From the IMG/VR virus record IMGVR_UViG_3300026505_000008, positions 1 to 34,520 of that record: a stretch of 34,520 bases of DNA; one strand, 5' to 3'. Numbering within the stretch: position 1 is the stretch's first letter; the number at the start of each line of letters is the position of its first letter. The notes beneath the pieces were generated by a model that ran no database searches, had not been told where the DNA came from, and was given only the letters and a program-made list of their open reading frames with translations. Shown here piece by piece: positions 34,519-34,520 of this stretch. The stretch is from a virus. Its lineage: Duplodnaviria > Caudoviricetes. The translations under genes were made by a program, and so were the position numbers.

Positions 34519-34520
34519 CT

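Overview
This window is a fragment of an AT-rich T4-like (Tevenvirinae-superfamily) myophage genome. Positions 288-18038 hold baseplate and tail genes: gp25, gp6, PKD and Calx-beta-like proteins, two fibres with S74 chaperone domains, a beta-propeller, a 1946-aa structural protein and gp5. Positions 20475-29434 hold head and neck genes in a non-T4 order (gp15, gp20, gp13, gp4, gp21, gp22, gp23). A + strand three-gene operon (TGT/DpdA-fold protein, P-loop nucleotide kinase, QueF) sits between these modules and points to 7-deazaguanine (preQ1) DNA modification. The right end is a more GC-rich array of small genes, most with their own GGAAC-N5-TATAAT-N6-ATG leaderless promoter. Reading by hand also showed a probable -1 frameshift fusing a PKD protein to a tandem-repeat tail, several small ORFs missing from the track (including a 42-aa lipoprotein), a structured non-coding region, and a 50%-GC segment at the left edge. 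All homology calls come from motif recognition by eye; no searches were run.
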